The notes under the pieces were generated by a model that was not told the origin of the DNA, searched no databases, and saw only the letters and a list, made by a program, of their open reading frames with translations. Below, piece after piece: positions 36,946 to 51,917 of a stretch of DNA of 64,000 bases. Position 1 is the first letter of the stretch; the number at the start of each line of letters is the position of its first letter. The DNA comes from Octopus sinensis (Eukaryota), in contig NC_043004.1 of NCBI RefSeq assembly GCF_006345805.1, positions 34,100,001 to 34,164,000 of the forward strand, read 5' to 3'. Position numbers and translations under genes: made by a program.

Positions 36946-39203
36946 CTTTCGAGCAGACAAAGCCATAACAAAAAAAAAGAAAGAAAGAAACAGCAAAACA
37001 GTTAAAAAGTAAAACAAAACATACAACAGATTTCAATCATATAAATATCTCTACCAAATAAATATATAATCCATGGTGGTGCTCCAGCATGATCACAGCT
37101 GCATGGCTGAAACGATTAAAAGAGTAAAAGAATAATCATTAGCTCAGAAATCAAACATTTGTGCATTTTTGTTATTCAATCAATCAATTGTTCATCTATC
37201 TACATTATAATGTTGTGAGCTGGCGGAATCGGTACGGTGCTGGGCAAAATTCTAAGTAGCATTTTGTCTCTCTTTACATTCTGAGTTCAAATTCTGCCAA
37301 GGTTGGTTTTGACTTTCACCCAATCAGAGTCAATAAAATAAATACTGGTTGAGTACTGAGGTCAATGTAATCTACTTACCCCATCTATCTCATAATTCCT
37401 GGCCTGGTGCCAAAACCTGAAGCCAATATGTCTACATCATTCATATGTGACAATTAGCATCAATAATTGCTTCTCATTTTTGAAAATCTTTGAGAAATAA
37501 TAAGATTTATAAGGATGACCATTCTTTGCAATATAACTTCAAGTGAGAGAAGCTGCACCAGGAGTAAAATAGCCATGACTAAGAATTGAAACTGAAATGC
37601 TGTTTTAACTTGCAAAGAATTTATCTTCTGTTATAAGATGCTTACTTTCTTAATCAGTTGTACCATTCACCATTAAATTGTATTCAACATGCAGACCGAT
37701 TAACAGCGTTTCATTGAAATTACCACATTCCTAAGTTGTGGAAATATTTCTTAGGAAATTGTGCCATTTTGGTTTAGAATTAAAAACCAGTAAAGAGACG
37801 TTTTAGCGCACTTAGCTAGGTAGAGTATTACTTGAAAGAAATATTGAATGGCATACTTTAAAACTGTTGAACATTTTGGTAAACTGCTCTAGGAAAGATT
37901 TAATATCATAACTAATTTTTTTTCTTTTCCTATAAATAAAAAGAGAAAATGAAAAACATTTTCAGTGCAGATTTTCAGCAAATGTGCTGTGGAAGCAGGG
38001 AGGGGGGATGAATTTGTTATGGGTTAGGGTTAGATTTTCTGCAAGTCTGCATTAAGTAACAACTTTGGTCAAAAGGAAGCAACTAAGTACTCTAGCAGAA
38101 AGTGGTCTTTTATTATAAATTGCCAACATTTTCTGGTTGGAAAACAGTAAGGTAGAGTGTATGAGTTCAGCAATGGAAAAATGCTTTTATAACTTATATA
38201 ACCTGAAGCTGGAAAAGTAAATAAAATGTAAAAGATGCTTGACAAAATGAATATATAAATACAGATTTCAGTTGAGCAGAAATAAATCAGAATGGTAAAA
38301 TAAAAAAAGAAGAGGAAAAGGAAGAAGAGCATGTAAAAGTCTTGAATCAAGAAAATACAGTGAAATAGTAAGTTGTGAAAGAAAATGAATATTTTATGAG
38401 ATAAATTGCAAGAATTTGATGGATGATGTTTGTCTCAAACATGTTTTGTGAAACCATTCAAATGCTAGCCTGACTCACATTTGTGTGTTTCTAGTTTTAT
38501 ATTCTGTGTCTTACCCTCAGTAAAAGGTTATTCTATAATTATTGAAGAGATCTCACAGGTTAAGGTGGCTTTTGTTCTAGTTTCTTTGCTTCTCGTCCTC
38601 TCTTCTCTCATTTCTTACGCTACTTTATTATTTTTCTTCATATCTATACTTCCTAAGAGACAGCAGTAATTTCCATCTTTTTGAGGCAGACAACAGCACT
38701 TGTAGCAAGTTTCAGACCTCAAACTCACAAAATGTAACTCTGCAGCATCAATCATGTGTCAGAGGTTATTTACCAAAGGAAAATCAGTTGGCATTTAATG
38801 CTGGTCAGTTAGATACAAAACAGTTTTTGGCAAAGAATAACAGACTCTTTAACGAGAAAATACAGTGAGGCAAATGTATTGTGAAACATAAAGATGCCTC
38901 TATGCAAAGCACATTATTCTACATGTCATAATGTTTCTGGTTTGGGGAATATAACGAATGATAGGTGAGATGTTGACATACACCAGAAAAGACGATTGAG
39001 AATGCTTGCCTCAATAATGATTGTAAGAAACTAGATTTATTCTACTTTTAATTTCATTCTGGAAAGAAGAAATAGATTTATTATAAATCATAAAAATACT
39101 ATCATGTACAGCAAGTTAAGCAGTAATTCACAGCTTTCCAAGATGGAACATAACACTATAAAAACTTTGTAGTAAAATTGCTGTCATTAGAAGAGATATT
39201 CAC

Positions 39204-39246
39204 TTGGAGGGAGAAAAAAAATCAACTGAAGCTGTCACAACTGGAC
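39204..39246 (-). CDS. Internal coding exon B (43 nt, phase 1-2): PVVTASVDFFSPS(K)
   Basis: Acceptor cctgtttttttggcag|GT, donor CAA|GTGAAT, open frame. Phases are compatible with exons A and C. Confidence 0.55.
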
Positions 39247-39385
39247 CTGCCAAAAAAACAGGATTCACTAAACTTGAAGTGGTTTTCTGTTAAAGAGAAT
39301 CAGATTAAATTGGATATAGTAATATATATATATATATATATATATATAAGTATAGAGAAACAGACAGATATACAGATAGATTGGT

Positions 39386-39419
<34 letters not shown>

Positions 39420-39425
<6 letters not shown>

Positions 39426-39465
39426 AGAGATAGATTGATAGATAGATAAACAGACAGACAGATAA

Positions 39466-39506
<41 letters not shown>

Positions 39507-39507
39507 C

Positions 39508-39558
<51 letters not shown>

Positions 39559-39590
39559 CAGACAGATAGGTAGATATATAGATAGATAAA
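39420..39590. repeat. (GATA)n microsatellite
   Basis: Direct inspection. Confidence 0.95.
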
Positions 39591-39836
39591 GTGTTATAAA
39601 TAGATGTGTTTATGTCATAGCTATGTTTAAAGATTGTCTGACACCTATCATCAAAATGTCAAGATTAGAATGATGGATGTAGAATGTGTGTGTATGTGTG
39701 TGTGTGCATGCGTGTGTGTATGTGCATGTATGTGATTGTGCATGTGTGTATGTGTGTGTGCTTGGTTTTTTTAATTTCTTCTAATCTTGTCTCTGTCACA
39801 TGTACCCCCTCACACACGCATACTCACACACACATA

Positions 39837-39872
<36 letters not shown>

Positions 39873-41101
39873 TTGTCTCATGCAATAACAATGGAGAAGC
39901 ATTACTAATAACTGCATTCTGTTGGTGATGTCAGCAGAAATGAACAGTATATTAATGTTTGTCTCTAGTTTTATTTGCTTGATGTAAATACATATATGTG
40001 TGTGTGTGTGTTTATGCTTGTATGTATGAATATAAATGTGTGTGTGTGGGTGTATATGTGTATATTCACCCCCATTGCCCTCTCTTATCTTTATCCACCA
40101 TGGATTTATATGTAAACTAAATAAACAACATCCAAATCAGATCAACAACATTCACACACAAAACAAGTGGAATATATTATTAGCCCAGTTTTAAATTCAA
40201 AATATATAAACTAGAATGTTTATGGCAAAAATTTTCTGCTTTTAACAGTTTTCCCTTTACTTCCAGGTTGATGTCATTTAGTGTGTGTGTATTGATAAAT
40301 TATTATTGTTACAAAGCAACAAAATATGGAATTGGTTTTCTCGCCCTCACAGAAGTAAAATAAATGGATCAATCAAAATAAGATGATTGGCAGGACATTT
40401 CTATCAAAACTGGCGATAGATTTGACTATGCTGTTTCACCAATAATTCTTTTGCTTAAAATTTATGAATCTACTCATCATATGAAATATCTTTAATAATT
40501 GTCCCAGGGCAGTTCATTTTGGTGCTAGCACTGAATATTGTTTTATCAACAAAATAATGACATTTTGAAGCAGCTGCCACCCATCACAGATTTAAAAGCA
40601 TCATAGTTTCATTTCTTCAAAAGGTATTTTGGAAATATCTCTTGTTCTTGGATTGCGAGAAATATATATTCGAAAATGGTATGTAATATAAGACCAAGAA
40701 TAGTCTTATTCTTATCAATATTGATATCATTTGCTAAGATTTGGTCTAAGAATATAAAGAGTTTGTTATGAGACTTCAGGTTCTGTGTTCAAATCTATCT
40801 GATGTCAGCCTTGCTTTTCATCCTTTCAAGGTTGATAAAATAAAGTACTACTAAAGTACTTAGGTCAATGGTAACAACTAACTTCCTCCATTCAAAATTG
40901 TTGGCTATCTGCTGAAATTAGAAGCAATATTGACAGCATTCTCAATCATCTGCAAAGTATAACATACTATGTTTGTATTAGATATACAGACTAGTCTTCT
41001 GAGTTACTTCTCAGCTGCTTTGGGGCTATCCATAGTTATTCCCTCTATCCTCTCTATTTTCATGTCTACTTATTCCTCTTGTCTTACTGAGTAAAATATG
41101 C

Positions 41102-41140
41102 TTCACTGATGAGGTCTAATAGCATTGAAACATATCTGTT
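41102..41140 (+). ncRNA. Degenerate minimal hammerhead relic
   Basis: CTGATGA-ggtctaatagcatt-GAAA-CATA-TC. Core intact, stems weak. Confidence 0.4.
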
Positions 41141-43170
41141 GCTTTCATTGGTTGACTCTAACAACAAAATTCATTGCAATCTGCATTGTATGTATTTTCC
41201 CAGAAGTTCTGATCAACCGAAGTTGTTAGTTATTTGTTTCTGTAATTGCGTTTTTTTTTTTTGTTATTTCAAATACTCCTAATGAGAGATTTTGCCTATT
41301 AAACCTTTGGATGATTTAAGTTGATCAAAGATTTCCATTTCACAAAATTGCTTGGAAAAAGATGAGAGTTGGCAACAGGAATGGCATTCAGCAATAGAAA
41401 AATCTGCCTGAATTAATGATGATGATGATGATGATGATGATGACAATATATGTGTGTGCATGAATGCATAATAGGCTTCTTTCAGTTTCCCTCAACCAAA
41501 TTGACTCACTAGGCTTTGGCCAGCCATGGGTGGCACAGGGAGACCGAACCTGAAGCGATGTGGTTGAGATGCAAATTTCTTAACCACACTGCCATGCCTG
41601 ATATAATTTTCAGCTTTCTTCATTTGTAAACAACCAGAAAACCACAGACTTGTCTGGAATACATGCCATTCAGTTTTTGTTTTATTTTAAATGTTTTTTT
41701 TCTTTCATTTCTATTTTATGTTTAATCCTTCATTCAATCCTAAATTTTTAACTAAATAACATCAAAATCTTGTGTGAACCAAAGACTAACGACTATAAAT
41801 CTTTGGATAAAAGATCCAAAATTCTTCAAACGATAAATTAAACAACTTCAACAGATACATTTATGACAAGCCTTTAATCTTAGGATCGGTCTCTACTGCT
41901 ATATTAAATTTCTACATGAATTAGATCAAATGGAAAGTTAAATAAAATGTACTTAACATGTAAAATCATGATAATTTACATTAAACATCCTTGCATTTTA
42001 ACTGTTGAAAAACAACTGCCTTTGAATCGATGTTAATAAACTTAACCATGATTTTATAAACACTCATCACTCTTTTCACAAACTTTTTCCCTTTATCATA
42101 AACATACTCAGCCATCTAACATAGATATTGCTTTTCTTTGCTATTTATGTTTTTCATTTCGAATGTTAAGCCTAATACAGAGTGGATGATCTTTATTTTG
42201 TTCCAGGGTGCAATACTTAACCTTCTATGTTTATATATTGTTTTCCTCTTGTATAAAATATGAATTTATAATTATTAAAAATAACTTCCACAATAAATAC
42301 CATTACTTTTGACATCTTTGCTACCCAATGAGAACTGAGTTACAAATTCTAATTTCTTTATTTTTCCAATGTATTTTGTATAAAATCGTTTTCTTTTTTT
42401 GGTCAAATTTTAGAGATACAGAGATTTCTCAAGAATCTTAGATAAAACTTACAATTTCTACTCCATTCTTATATTTTCTGTTCTTTCATAATATTTTTTT
42501 CTTTTTCTTTGTTGAATAACATTAAGATTTTTGCAAAACTAAATATATTTTGATATATAAGCATTTACAAGATATAGACTTCATTGAGAAGAAAACAAGT
42601 GAACAGAGATTTTCTTAAACAAAGAATACCAAACACAAGATTTATCTGAAACAACAAAATCCTGAACGCAATCTTTGACAAAACATAGACTTCTAAATAT
42701 AAACAGAGATTTCATTTAAGCGTGAAGTTCTTAAAAAGAGATTTTCTTCTAAATATAGACTTCTTTCAAATATAAAATTCTTCAAAAATCCAATTTCTAA
42801 ATATAGATTAAAACATATCTGGAATTCTATTGATCAAAACAGATTTTTACCCATATATATTTCAAACATAAGACTTCAAGAAATCACAGATTTTTGCTAA
42901 CTATAGATAAAACTATTGAGTACATTCAATTTGACTGAAATACATGTTTTTATTTGAACAGAGGAGAATGTGTTTGTGGCTACGGCTAGAAAATCAGAAA
43001 CATGAATAGAAATTTAATCTCAACTCTATCAATAAATACATCAGAAGTATATAGCCATCTCCATAACCATTTCGTACACATATATAGATATGTATGTACA
43101 TACATACATGCATATATGTACACACACAAACACATGCACAAATACACATGTATACATGTATGTACTTGTG

Positions 43171-43216
<46 letters not shown>

Positions 43217-43471
43217 TGTTTGTAAATATGTGCGAGCGTATGTATATGTGTGTGTCTGTGAGTTATGTGTATGTGTATGTGTGCATACATGTGTGTGCAT
43301 ACAAGGCTACGAGGTAAGAAGTTTCCTTCATAACCACATGGTTCTGGGTTCAGTCCTACTGCATGGCACCTCAGGTAAGTGTCTTCTACTATAACTGCAG
43401 GTTGACCAAAGCCTTGTGATTCAGAAGATGGAAACTAAATGAAGCCCACCATATGTGTGCACATTTGTGTG

Positions 43472-43503
<32 letters not shown>

Positions 43504-45649
43504 TACATACATACATATATACATACATATATACATACATATATACGTACATACACATATATATACATACATATATACATACATGGTGGCTGCCCCCTCG
43601 TTATCAAGTATGGCCATTGCACGAAGCTTAATCAATGTTGTTATCATGCAATGCCTGTGCAAGAAGATTTTTTTTAAAGGGAGGAAAGGCTGTGCACTGA
43701 GTCAATCTCACTCACTAAGCAACAGCAACCATAATCCGAAAAGAACAACAAGTCAACATCATCGGTAACCACTGAGCCACAGGTTTTATGTTGGAGTTAT
43801 CCCAGTTACCTGAGTTACCTTCTCCAAGAAGGATGCCCTAACAAAGACTAGGAGTCTTTCACTCCCAATGGTTTAACCGTGCGATCAGGTATTCAGTTCG
43901 ATTATTTCTATGTCCCTGCACATGATACAACCTTAAGACATCTATTTGATGGCCATTGGCTCTCAAGAGTTCCTCCGCCCTTTGACGGGTTTTGTGTTTC
44001 ATTCTGCAGGGTGTCCAATAAACACCCTCCTCACCAAGCAAACTTGGTGGGGTTGCCAGTTTAGTCGCTGACGACCCAACCATGCAACAGGTTGTACTGG
44101 GTTACATGTTACCAGTAACACTCGAAAGTGACCTGACATAATATACATAATATACATACATACATACATACATATATATATGTATGTGTGTGTGTGTGTT
44201 TGTATGTATGTATGTACACACACACACACACACACCACACATGCATTCATACATATTTATGTGTGTGTGTGTAAGGATGCAAAAATTTATTTATGTTTTT
44301 ATGAAGCTGCATAACCAGCAAACTATTTGAAAAATATAAATTATCCACATGGCATTGTAATTGTTTTTAAGATTTGTTCCGGAACTATCCAGGGAAATAC
44401 CATTATCAGTGGTACATAAATTTATAATGCCCTTGAGTTGTAACTAGTTTAAATGTTAACATATGAAACTCTCAGCCCATGAGTCACTTGGTTGCTTCTG
44501 CTAAATCTTACAATTTATTTATATTATAATACAACATAATATGCTATGAATATAATATAACACAAGATAACATAAATAATTATTAAAAAACCTAAAAAGC
44601 CAACAATTTGTTTCAACTTATATACATTATTTGGTTTATAAATAATTCATATCCATGTATATAAGTCTCTTCAGGGTTTGGTTCAAAAGCCAGACAAAAT
44701 TCCATGTGAAAGGAAGGCCAGATTGCAAAAAAATTGACGTACCAGTGATCTGGATGTTTTACAAACTCCTTTGAAGGAATTTTTTTCCTTAGTTTGTTAC
44801 TCTTATATATATATATGTATGTGTATGTATATATATATATGTATGTGTATGTATATATATATATATATATATATTTACGTGCCACTTGCACGTAAAAAGC
44901 ACCCACTACACTCTCGGAGTGGTTGGCATTAGGAAGGGCATCCAGCTGTAGAAACTCTGCCAGATTCAAGATTGGAGCCTGGTGCAGCCATCTGGTTCAC
45001 CAACCCTCAGTCAAAATCGTCCAACCCCTGCTAGCATTGAAAGCAGATGTTAAATGATGATGATGATGATGATATTGATATTCGTTGGTAGATAAACATT
45101 TGTAGTTACAAAAATGTATAAATAAAATAAACTATAGTCTATCAACATACATAGATACATATATACCTATACAATGTGTATATGTATATATGTATGTTTA
45201 TGAATGCCTAATTTAGACAAAGACAAAGTTTTGTCTTGGTTATTTGTGCATGCATTAATAACAAGATATATCCCAGTATAATTATAAATATAAGCACTGA
45301 TATAACCGTACTTATAGATACTTATAGATATAAATATACATGAAATCAATGATATAATCACTAATATCTATATATGTATAGATTTAGTATATAATCTTGT
45401 ATATAATCAAATACAGAAAACTGTTCCATTATTGGTATGTCTTTGATTCCTGTATTTTATGTAATGGAGTGTTTAATGATGCATTCCTTTCCATTGGTAG
45501 CTTTAACGAGATCTGTCCAGTGTATGTCCCACTGCTAAATAATGCCAGCATAAAAAGAAAATCTACTTTCACTTTCACTTATGATAAAATCATATAAAAG
45601 GGTAATGCAGATATTGAAGATAATGATTATTATTTTATCTAAATACCAT

Positions 45650-46300
45650 CACCATTTCATGGTATGATTGATCTCTGTCTCAAGGGGAATAATGATTTCT
45701 TACATGGAGAAAAAGACCACTGATCTGTGGTAGGTGGTGTATGGTCATGTGATGGTGTGTAGCTATGGGTATTACCTCTGTTATGTGCCTGCTTCATATC
45801 TCGGATCACTGAGTTGAAGGAAGATGTCTGTTCCACCTGGAATTGAATATGCAATGCTGATCTCAGGACTTTGAGCCTGACTGAAGAGATGTCTATTGAC
45901 CCGAATTTCTGGGGATTTGAAACTCTTAAAAAGACCTCCTCTGGAAGTGCTCTTTCATGCTACCCACCTTTTTACAATGATTCTCTTCCCACCTCTCATG
46001 CTTGTCCCTTTCCCCCAGCTCATACAGACCACCCAACCATGTCATTCCCCTCTCTTGTCTTTCTCTTCTCGCAACTGTATCATCTTTCTGCTCCTGCTGC
46101 TTGTTTGTTTGTTTGTTGAGCGAAGCGGTCTTCATCCCAGAGTGGGAGAAGTCTGAAATGTCGTCCTTTGCTATTCGTAAGACCTGCAGAAGAGAAAGCA
46201 GGTCAACCCCTCATCACTGTTATTGATCTCTGGTCATGCAGGTTCCTCTACAAGAACCTGTTCTTCCCCCATCCCCTTCTCATAGTAATCCCCTTGTCCC
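45650..46300 (-). pseudogene. Possible PLE GIY-YIG and tail relic
   Basis: QVEQTSSFNSVIRDMKQAHN resembles the YVGQT..L..RIKEHK motif. Confidence 0.35.
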
Positions 46301-47639
46301 ATAGCATGAAGCTAACCCCACCTCCCCCAGGATTTGTAGTCCAGTGAACTGTATGGTGACCCCAAAACTGCAGGTGATACGAAAACTGCATGCTGTAAAG
46401 TGGTCGACATTAGGAAGGGAATCTGGCCGTAGAAACCATGCCAAAACAGACAATAGGGTATGATGCAGTCCTTGAATACATTGGATCCAGTCAAACCATT
46501 AAACCCATGCTAGCATGAAACCTAAACGTAAAAAGATGATGATGATGATAATAATGATGATGGGGTATGTTGAATGGATGACACCAAATATTTGAAGGTG
46601 TTTATTTCAGTTTGCTAACATTTCTAGCACTCCATCAACTTAAATTTTGGATGGAAAAGAAGTGTCTATATGGTTGTTTGCTCTGCTAAAATTTCAAGCT
46701 AAAATCCTTCTAATCATACTTTGCAGACATAAAAATAGGAAGGACATAACAGAAAATATAATCTAATGTATATTAAACTAAAAAGTCAACAAAAACAATA
46801 TGGCATAGTCATAAGAGGAATACTTTGATTATAGGCCAGCTTGATCAGGTCTGACCTTGGGCTAAAAATCAACAATGATTAATAGAGGTATACAAGCTAA
46901 CAAGGCATTTCCTCCATGTGGTTACTCAGCTAGTTAGAAATGAAAACGAAATCTTCTTCAAATCACTTGCTAACGTTTTAACAAAAGGAAGGACATATTC
47001 TTTAATGTAGTCTGAGGTATGTAAAACAGGAAATCACTAGATGGACTGGGAGGTAGGGGTGGCTGGGGTATCTCTCATCATTGGTCTACTTGACTGAGTT
47101 GTAGTGGAACTGTGTTAGTGACCAGACTGTTATTGTGTGTTGAAAGTTTTGACAGTTCCTGAAATAAATAGAAATTTAAAGTGAATTTAACAGCTTTGTG
47201 TTTTATTAAACAACTGGGATGGCTCTTCTATTAATGTACTTGCTTCATTTTCAGCACACATCAATTCATTTCCAAAGAAGGAAAACTCCAAAATTATTTA
47301 GAATTTTCACTATGGGAAATTGAGGAATGGTCAAAATATGACAGTGAGAAGTGCTTTTCCCAAAATAGCTCAAAGGATTCAGTCATTTCAGAGAAGACAG
47401 GGAGAAAATTACAAAGAAAGTATTTGTCGGCATACCTCCACGAACTTAGTACTTCAACTCACTCATTTCATTATTATGTGTTTTGGAATGAAATAAAACT
47501 TTACCCATTTAATACATCTTGCAATGAGTGTATAAAGGCTAAGAACCATACTGGCTGTCAGATGTTTAATTTAATTAATATAGTTACACTAGATTCTTTC
47601 AAAATCCAAGCTAACTCAGAAAAAATGGATGAAAATCTC

Positions 47640-49100
47640 TTCTCTGAATTTGTCTTAAGTCACCACAGTATATGCTATGCATGCATGTTTAGATAATTTT
47701 GTTTCTACTAAAGACCTTGTGGTTACTGGTTTATTGAGAAAACAAAAGGAATTACATTCAGAAATTCCTTGTTGATATTTCATTGTAAATTTGAAGTGAA
47801 AGTTGGATTATACCACTTGATATTTCTATGTCTACTCTTTGTCTTTAAAGCTTTGGTTCTGTAGTATATTGAATTTTATTTCAGAAGTCCCACACACTAT
47901 GATGTCATACATCATAATAACAAGGGAAAGTATCGATCTGAGAGGCAAGCAAGGAATTAGAAAAGTTGATGAAGAATGTTGAAATTGCCTAAGGTTTGGG
48001 TTCTGCACTCGCAATATTGGCGAGGGATGAATGTTACAAGTCGTTGGAATGTTGATGTCTCCAAGAACGACAACTCTGAAAATAGTTGAAGTAGGATATA
48101 TGTTCTCAATGCAGGAGGAGATATACCTGAAGAGAAGTTAGTGGTCAAGAATTAAAATGTTTTTTTTCACAGGATATCGAAAGGACAATTACTAATATTA
48201 GGAATTAAATTTCCTAGAATAATGGGTAAGAAATTATAATTTTTATTGATATACTATAAATTTACATTAGGTTTGTGTAAGAGTAGAATATATTCATATC
48301 TAAATTTCATGTGATAGCTAAAAAGAAATGAACTATCTTGAAAGGTGTTTTCTAAATCTATAGCAAGAGATTAAAAACTTGTCATCTCTATAGAGACTTC
48401 TATTTAAGGTTGTACCTTTTTTATGGACAAAGGCAAAATATATATTCCAATAGGTGCACATAATTCAACCACATCATATTCCACCATGCAAAATTATTAG
48501 CAGTTACTCCTTAGACGTCCTGCTTAAAAATTCCTACTTTTTAGAACTATTGGGCTGCTGATTTCGTACAGTTGGAATTGCTTTCAATTCTATGACTAAG
48601 TTCTCATAGAACTATTTTGTTGTAAAGGTTTAAGAAGTAAAGTTGATACTAATCACCAATCTTAGCTATTTTTGAGAGATTACTTTAAACTTAGGCCTGA
48701 ATAAATTCTGCCCTTATCGAAAACCCAATGAAAAATATGTAATGTCAATAAGAATGCCAGTCATCTGTCCATTAGTTTACAAAACTTAATTTCAGATATT
48801 AGTAAGTATTTATCTTCATTAACTTTTGGCGAAAGCAGTTTTTTTATTTGCTTTTCATTGCTATGATAAGATTATGCAATAATGGCTTTTAGATAAAATT
48901 CTTTATATTATCCCTAATGATCGTCATAGCTTCAGAATAGAACTGGAAATATCCTCTGGTATAACCCAATGAGCAGTTTTTTTTTTTATGTAAGAACAGA
49001 TAGCACAAAAGAATGTCTAAATTAAATGTTAATTTTTTTTTATTTCCCTTTAGATCAAGATCTTTAACAGATGCAAAGTTCAATTTAACTAACCTTGCTG
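47640..49100 (-). pseudogene. Old PLE relic (RT, thumb, linker)
   Basis: VELCAPIGIYIL, SLYRDDKFL, RHRNIKWYNPTFTSNL, HKVFSRNKI. Confidence 0.65.
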
Positions 49101-50124
49101 TGTTTAAGTAAAAAAAATATTTTCATTTCATTCCAAGTCTCACTGCATTATATGAAAGATCTGAACTATTTAATTGCTGCAGGCATGCTTCGAAGTATTT
49201 ACTTTGTAATTTTCTTCCTTATCATTCTCCTAATGCATAATTCTTTTGATATTGGTAAAAGTGAATTCTCACTGCCATATTCTGACCTTTCATTGACTTC
49301 TGACATTGAATATTTTTAATAACATATCTTGTTACATCTTTGAATTTTTCTCTTTAATAACTGAATAAGCTGCATACCCACATTTTACATTCTATTGGCT
49401 TTATAAAAAATATATTTTCATTGAAAAAAAACACCATTTACTCCAACCTTACTAAACTTGATAACTTTCTTTTATCTCATTTTTATTTACTTTTCTCTTC
49501 CTATTTGTATATTGATACACTTTCATTGTTCCATATTTACAAACATTATTATTTTATTACTATTTATTTTTCAATATACACATTAGCATCAATGTTTCTT
49601 CCTCTGTTCGTCTGATCCTCATTCTTTCTCTTTTCTTTCCACCCCCCCCCTTCTAACTGACAAATTCCTCCCCTCCTACCTTCCATACTCTTTTACTTTT
49701 ATTTTGTTTACAACGATTATAGAGTCAACCAACAAGATCGTTTTATATCAATAATATTATCAAGTCAAATCTCATCTAAACGTTGACTGCATCATTTTTT
49801 TAAATATCTGTCTAGTGTTCTATTTTTCATTATCGTTTGAAGACAGGAAAAGTAAAACACTCAAAGCAATGATTTGTGAAATTTCTGCTATGATTACAAC
49901 ACATACACACCCATTCACAAAGAGTAAATGGTAATACTCGTATAAAACAGAATAGTCATTACAAATGTGTGTGAGTGCGTGTAAATGTTTGTTTTATGTG
50001 AAGTTATATATAAAAACGATTTAACATTAAATTGCTTACTTCTGTTTATTAGTGTCATGAAGGTAAGCAACCAAAACTTTAAAGTTGCTGTCAATGTTTT
50101 CCATGTAAAAATTTAATGTGCATG

Positions 50125-50166
<42 letters not shown>

Positions 50167-50238
50167 CATACATACACTCACACATATACATACATACACA
50201 CATACATACACACATACATACATACATACATACATACA

Positions 50239-50272
<34 letters not shown>

Positions 50273-50518
50273 CAAGACTTAAACTACCTGAAATATTAGT
50301 TAAAATACTGAAGAAATAATTAGAACAGAAGTACATAACTATTCCCTTTTTTATTTCAAGGCAAATTATTTTAGAAAGACTTGTCCCGAATTCTTCCTCA
50401 GAGGCTCCATTGGCAACATTTTACAGGGTCACAATATACCAAGAAATAAATATACAATTGACACCAGATACGTGGACAATATTCTCATCATAATAAATAT
50501 AATGGAAAAAGTTGAAAC

Positions 50519-50746
50519 ATTAACCCTTTCGTTACTGTATTTATTTTGAGATGATCTGTGTTTCTTTCAATTATTTTAAGTTTAACAAAGAATTTAGTAA
50601 AATAACTTAGTTATCATTCAGCTAGTGTTAGGAATATTAATTGTGACTAAGGTTTGGTAGAATATTTTAATTCAAAACTTATGAAAACAAGACATTTTAC
50701 CACAGAGCCAGAGCCGGTTTTGGCCGGGTTAGTAACAAAAGGGTAA
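50519..50746. mobile_element. piggyBac-like MITE
   Basis: ttaaccctttcgttact ... agtaacaaaagggt terminal inverted repeats. Confidence 0.6.
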
Positions 50747-51917
50747 GACCAAGAACAATAACTCTGTACTAAACTTCAAAATCCAAAGCAGTAGAAACAA
50801 ACTCTACTGACCACACAATGACCCTTCCTCCCTCTCTAGATATAAACATCCAGGTAACAAAATATCGAAACCATGACGTTCATTCCACCAATGACAAAGA
50901 ACTTTATATAAATGGAGAATCTAATTGTTGTTATACAGAATTTCAGTGTTAAAATCTCTACTTTGAAAAGCGTTTAGATTCATCTTCATGGTTGGAGTAG
51001 AAAATAGAAGAAACCCTAATCAACAAAGGGCAGTTTAACAAACTGACAGACCAATTCATTGGTAGTTATAAATAAATACAACACAAGTACATCAAAAATC
51101 AAAACTATTAAAATACACAAACTGAACAGAGAGAGAGTATTTTATCTGAATTAAATGCAGAGTGACAATAGATTTGTTGGCTCACAGGAAACAGAACACA
51201 AAACTAACACAAATAATGTTACAAAAACATTGAAATTTAAAACCGTTTTGTTTTGTTTTTTGCAATGACAAACAACAAGGTTATAAACTCATAAACAAAC
51301 TACAGATGACAAAAGTGTTATATGAATTTGGTTGAAATACGAAATTTATAAACTTCATTGCTCCAATTGTAATATTAGCCATACATGCATAGCATGCATT
51401 TGTTGACTCACTATGCACTCACAACAGGAAGCAATTGCAATGAAGTGCACGACAAAATACAAAACTACATACAACACTAGACAACATATTTATGCTCAAC
51501 ACAAATTTCTATGAAACAGATAATTAATTATAGTACAAACACACATAATACAGAGAAGTAATAAAAAATAAACCCAGACAATACATACTAGTTATACAAA
51601 TACAAATAAAAAAACAATCTAATGAAATGTAAATCTAAAGGTGAAACATGAAATTCCAGTGGAAATGACTGCCTCAATAAGATAGTTTTTGCTTATTATA
51701 AAGAAGCAGCAACCTCTGCCAATATCACATCATGATGAAGATGAGACTTTGAAGATTAACATGCATGGATGCTACATCTAGGGACATTATTATTCCAGAA
51801 AGACAACCAGATCAACGAAACTGATTAAAAAAATGATAAAACTGCATCACAGTCATGCTTTCAATGAATGTCTGAAAGAAAAATGTCTTTCTTATGTAAC
51901 ATATATACATATAATAG

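Noticed and set aside
37646-37730. Minus-strand exon-like segment with good splice signals
   Set aside because: Stops in all frames to the strong donor, and incompatible with the phase 2-2 junction.
45880-45940. CTGAAGA...GAAACTCTTA
   Set aside because: Stems I and III do not pair.
47110-47178. Strong minus-strand acceptor with frame ELSKLSTHNNS
   Set aside because: Weak donor and phase 0-0, which does not fit the phase 1-1 junction between exons A and B.
48172-48224. Plus-strand 53-nt exon candidate
   Set aside because: Lies antisense within a PLE RT relic.
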